A program made the translations under genes and the position numbers. From Dipteris shenzhenensis (lineage: Eukaryota): 64,000 bases of DNA. Each line of letters opens with the position of its first letter. Position 1 is the stretch's first letter. The stretch lies in the NCBI GenBank assembly GCA_047967505.1, contig CM106538.1. One strand, 5' to 3'. The notes beneath the pieces were generated by a model. It was not told the DNA's origin. It saw only the letters and a list, made by a program, of their open reading frames with translations, and searched no databases. Positions 62,367-64,000 of this stretch are shown in pieces.

Positions 62367-63864
62367 TTCTTCGTCGGTATTTCAAGCGCTCTTTTACGTG
62401 CTAAATCCTCTGGGATTCAGCTCTCCTAGATCTTAATGGAAGTCCTTGCTTCTTCGTGCTCCTGGAGCTTTATACTCATTAGAAGCAAATGCCTTGCTTC
62501 AGGTCAGGTCGTCGACTAGGGACTGGGGCGCTATCTTATTTTGGAGTGTATATGGACTATGCACTTAGTGTTGCGAGCTAGGTTACTTCTGATCTACAGA
62601 TACAAGGTAACACAGAAGTAAGCGAATGGTTCCAAACAGGTCATAAAGTAGTTGTAGGAGTTCGTCTCCTTTTTTAATCCGGGCTCTCCTTGCGATAATG
62701 GCCAGAGGGTAACTCTGAGACTCCCATGTCCTCGATGCCTGGGGGTGGCATCTCGTGGCAGGTTCCCTCGTTCCGAAGCAAAGGGAGGCTGTTCCAACGT
62801 CTGGCTTCGGCTAAGCAAGTTTCAGAGCTAACGTGAGCCTATGTTGGAAAGACGACGAGGGGGAGGCGGGTTGCAACGCAGTAGACCTTAGAGAAGCAGC
62901 TTCTGTCTTGGCTGCGGGCTTGCAAAGTCGCAACCACTAGGTATGGGCGCATGCAAGATGGCCATGCGTCATTGCTACTCGCTTCATCAGGCTCATGAGA
63001 GCCCTCCGCTGTTGTTTTTGTGTTCTGCGTCTCCCATGCAAGCTTTGTTGTTGGAAGAGCTTCAAGAAAGGGAGGGAGGGCGATGCCATTCCATGGTAGT
63101 GCGGGAGCGGGGGGGAAATATTGGATCTGTGGCACTTACGTGTGCACCCTCCATTTTGTGGAGAGTGTGCTTCAAGGGTCCTCGGTAGCAGTGAAGAGCC
63201 TTGTCAAGGGTAGGTTGTCATGCTAGGGTCCTCCTTTTGTGCACAAGAGCTTGGAGCTTCTTGGAATCCAGTCCGTCGAAGATTTCAGGGAGATTACAGT
63301 TGGGTCTTCATAGGCATCTCTAGGCATTGGGCTCAAGGCACCTTGGATTCCGTCTGGGGTGGTTTCTTGGACTATCCGTTGGAGGCTTTGCAAAGGGTGG
63401 GAAGGCGGGAGGAGGGATTTGTTTGTGCCCTCGTGCTCATGTACTATGCACTTTCTATAGGCTCCATTAAATCATACTCATGCCACCTATCTTGGGGGTT
63501 TCTTTTCTTCATTGCCCATGAGTTTCATGGGGAAATGGGGGCGGTGGTGGAGGGCTTGGTATGAGCGGCTCCTCTCCATCTCCAGTCCTACCCCCTTACT
63601 TTAGTCAAATATCATCCCTTAACCATAGCGTACTTTTTGTGCTCTATTTTACTAGGCCTAAAATGTTATTTGGATCCCGGGATTTAGTTGATGCTCTTCC
63701 GCCTCTTTGAGGGGGTCCATCATGGGGGTTTGTAGATGCCCCTAGTTTTTCGATTAAATGTCCCCTTTAATTATTCCCTTTGTAGTTGATCCTTTATCCG
63801 GAAGCGAGTTGTTCCATCCATGGGATCTCGATGGGGATCAAGTCCCTTCCCTCTTGGGGGTGGG

Positions 63865-64000
63865 TGTGTGTGTGTGTGTGTGTGTGTGTTTAAAATAAAA
63901 AACCTTTTAATAGCATGGTGCACAAAGCTCAGATAAGGGTAGATAAAAAATTATTTATTACATGGTTGTTCATGCAAAGTGTAAAACATTATAATGCCGA
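63865..64000. repeat. (TG)n followed by a diverged start of the 32257/35501 repeat family
   Basis: (tg)n-ttt-aaaa..aacc..catgg.gcac...gctcaga resembles 32285-32340. Confidence 0.55.

Noticed and set aside
62900-63564. Possible LINE ORF1 remnant
   Set aside because: The composition is suggestive, but there is no motif I can support.

Overview
Repeat-dominated nuclear DNA from a land plant. Spliceosomal introns, plant-type LTR lineages and heavy C>T decay show this directly; a non-seed plant such as a fern is only a guess. It holds one apparently intact host gene, a 5-exon amidase-signature gene at ~49.5-52.0 kb. The rest is nested transposon debris: Copia pieces, a gag-only LTR element, solo LTRs, a full-length Gypsy element with an extra RNase H inserted in an older Gypsy, LINE fragments, and a CACTA element with a 3-bp TSD inserted in a Sola-like DNA transposon. 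The main result is a decayed gene cluster at ~2.9-11.3 kb. It contains an intron-containing RAG1/Transib-like DDE transposase pseudogene, a histone H3-like pseudogene with a ~270-aa tail carrying three H3 N-terminal motifs, a BAH-domain pseudogene and an unknown gene. The two convergent gene sets meet at a long hairpin. I interpret this as a candidate RAG-like transposon carrying chromatin cargo. Its ends are not visible, so physical linkage as one element is inference. All homology calls are by eye from motifs; no searches were run.
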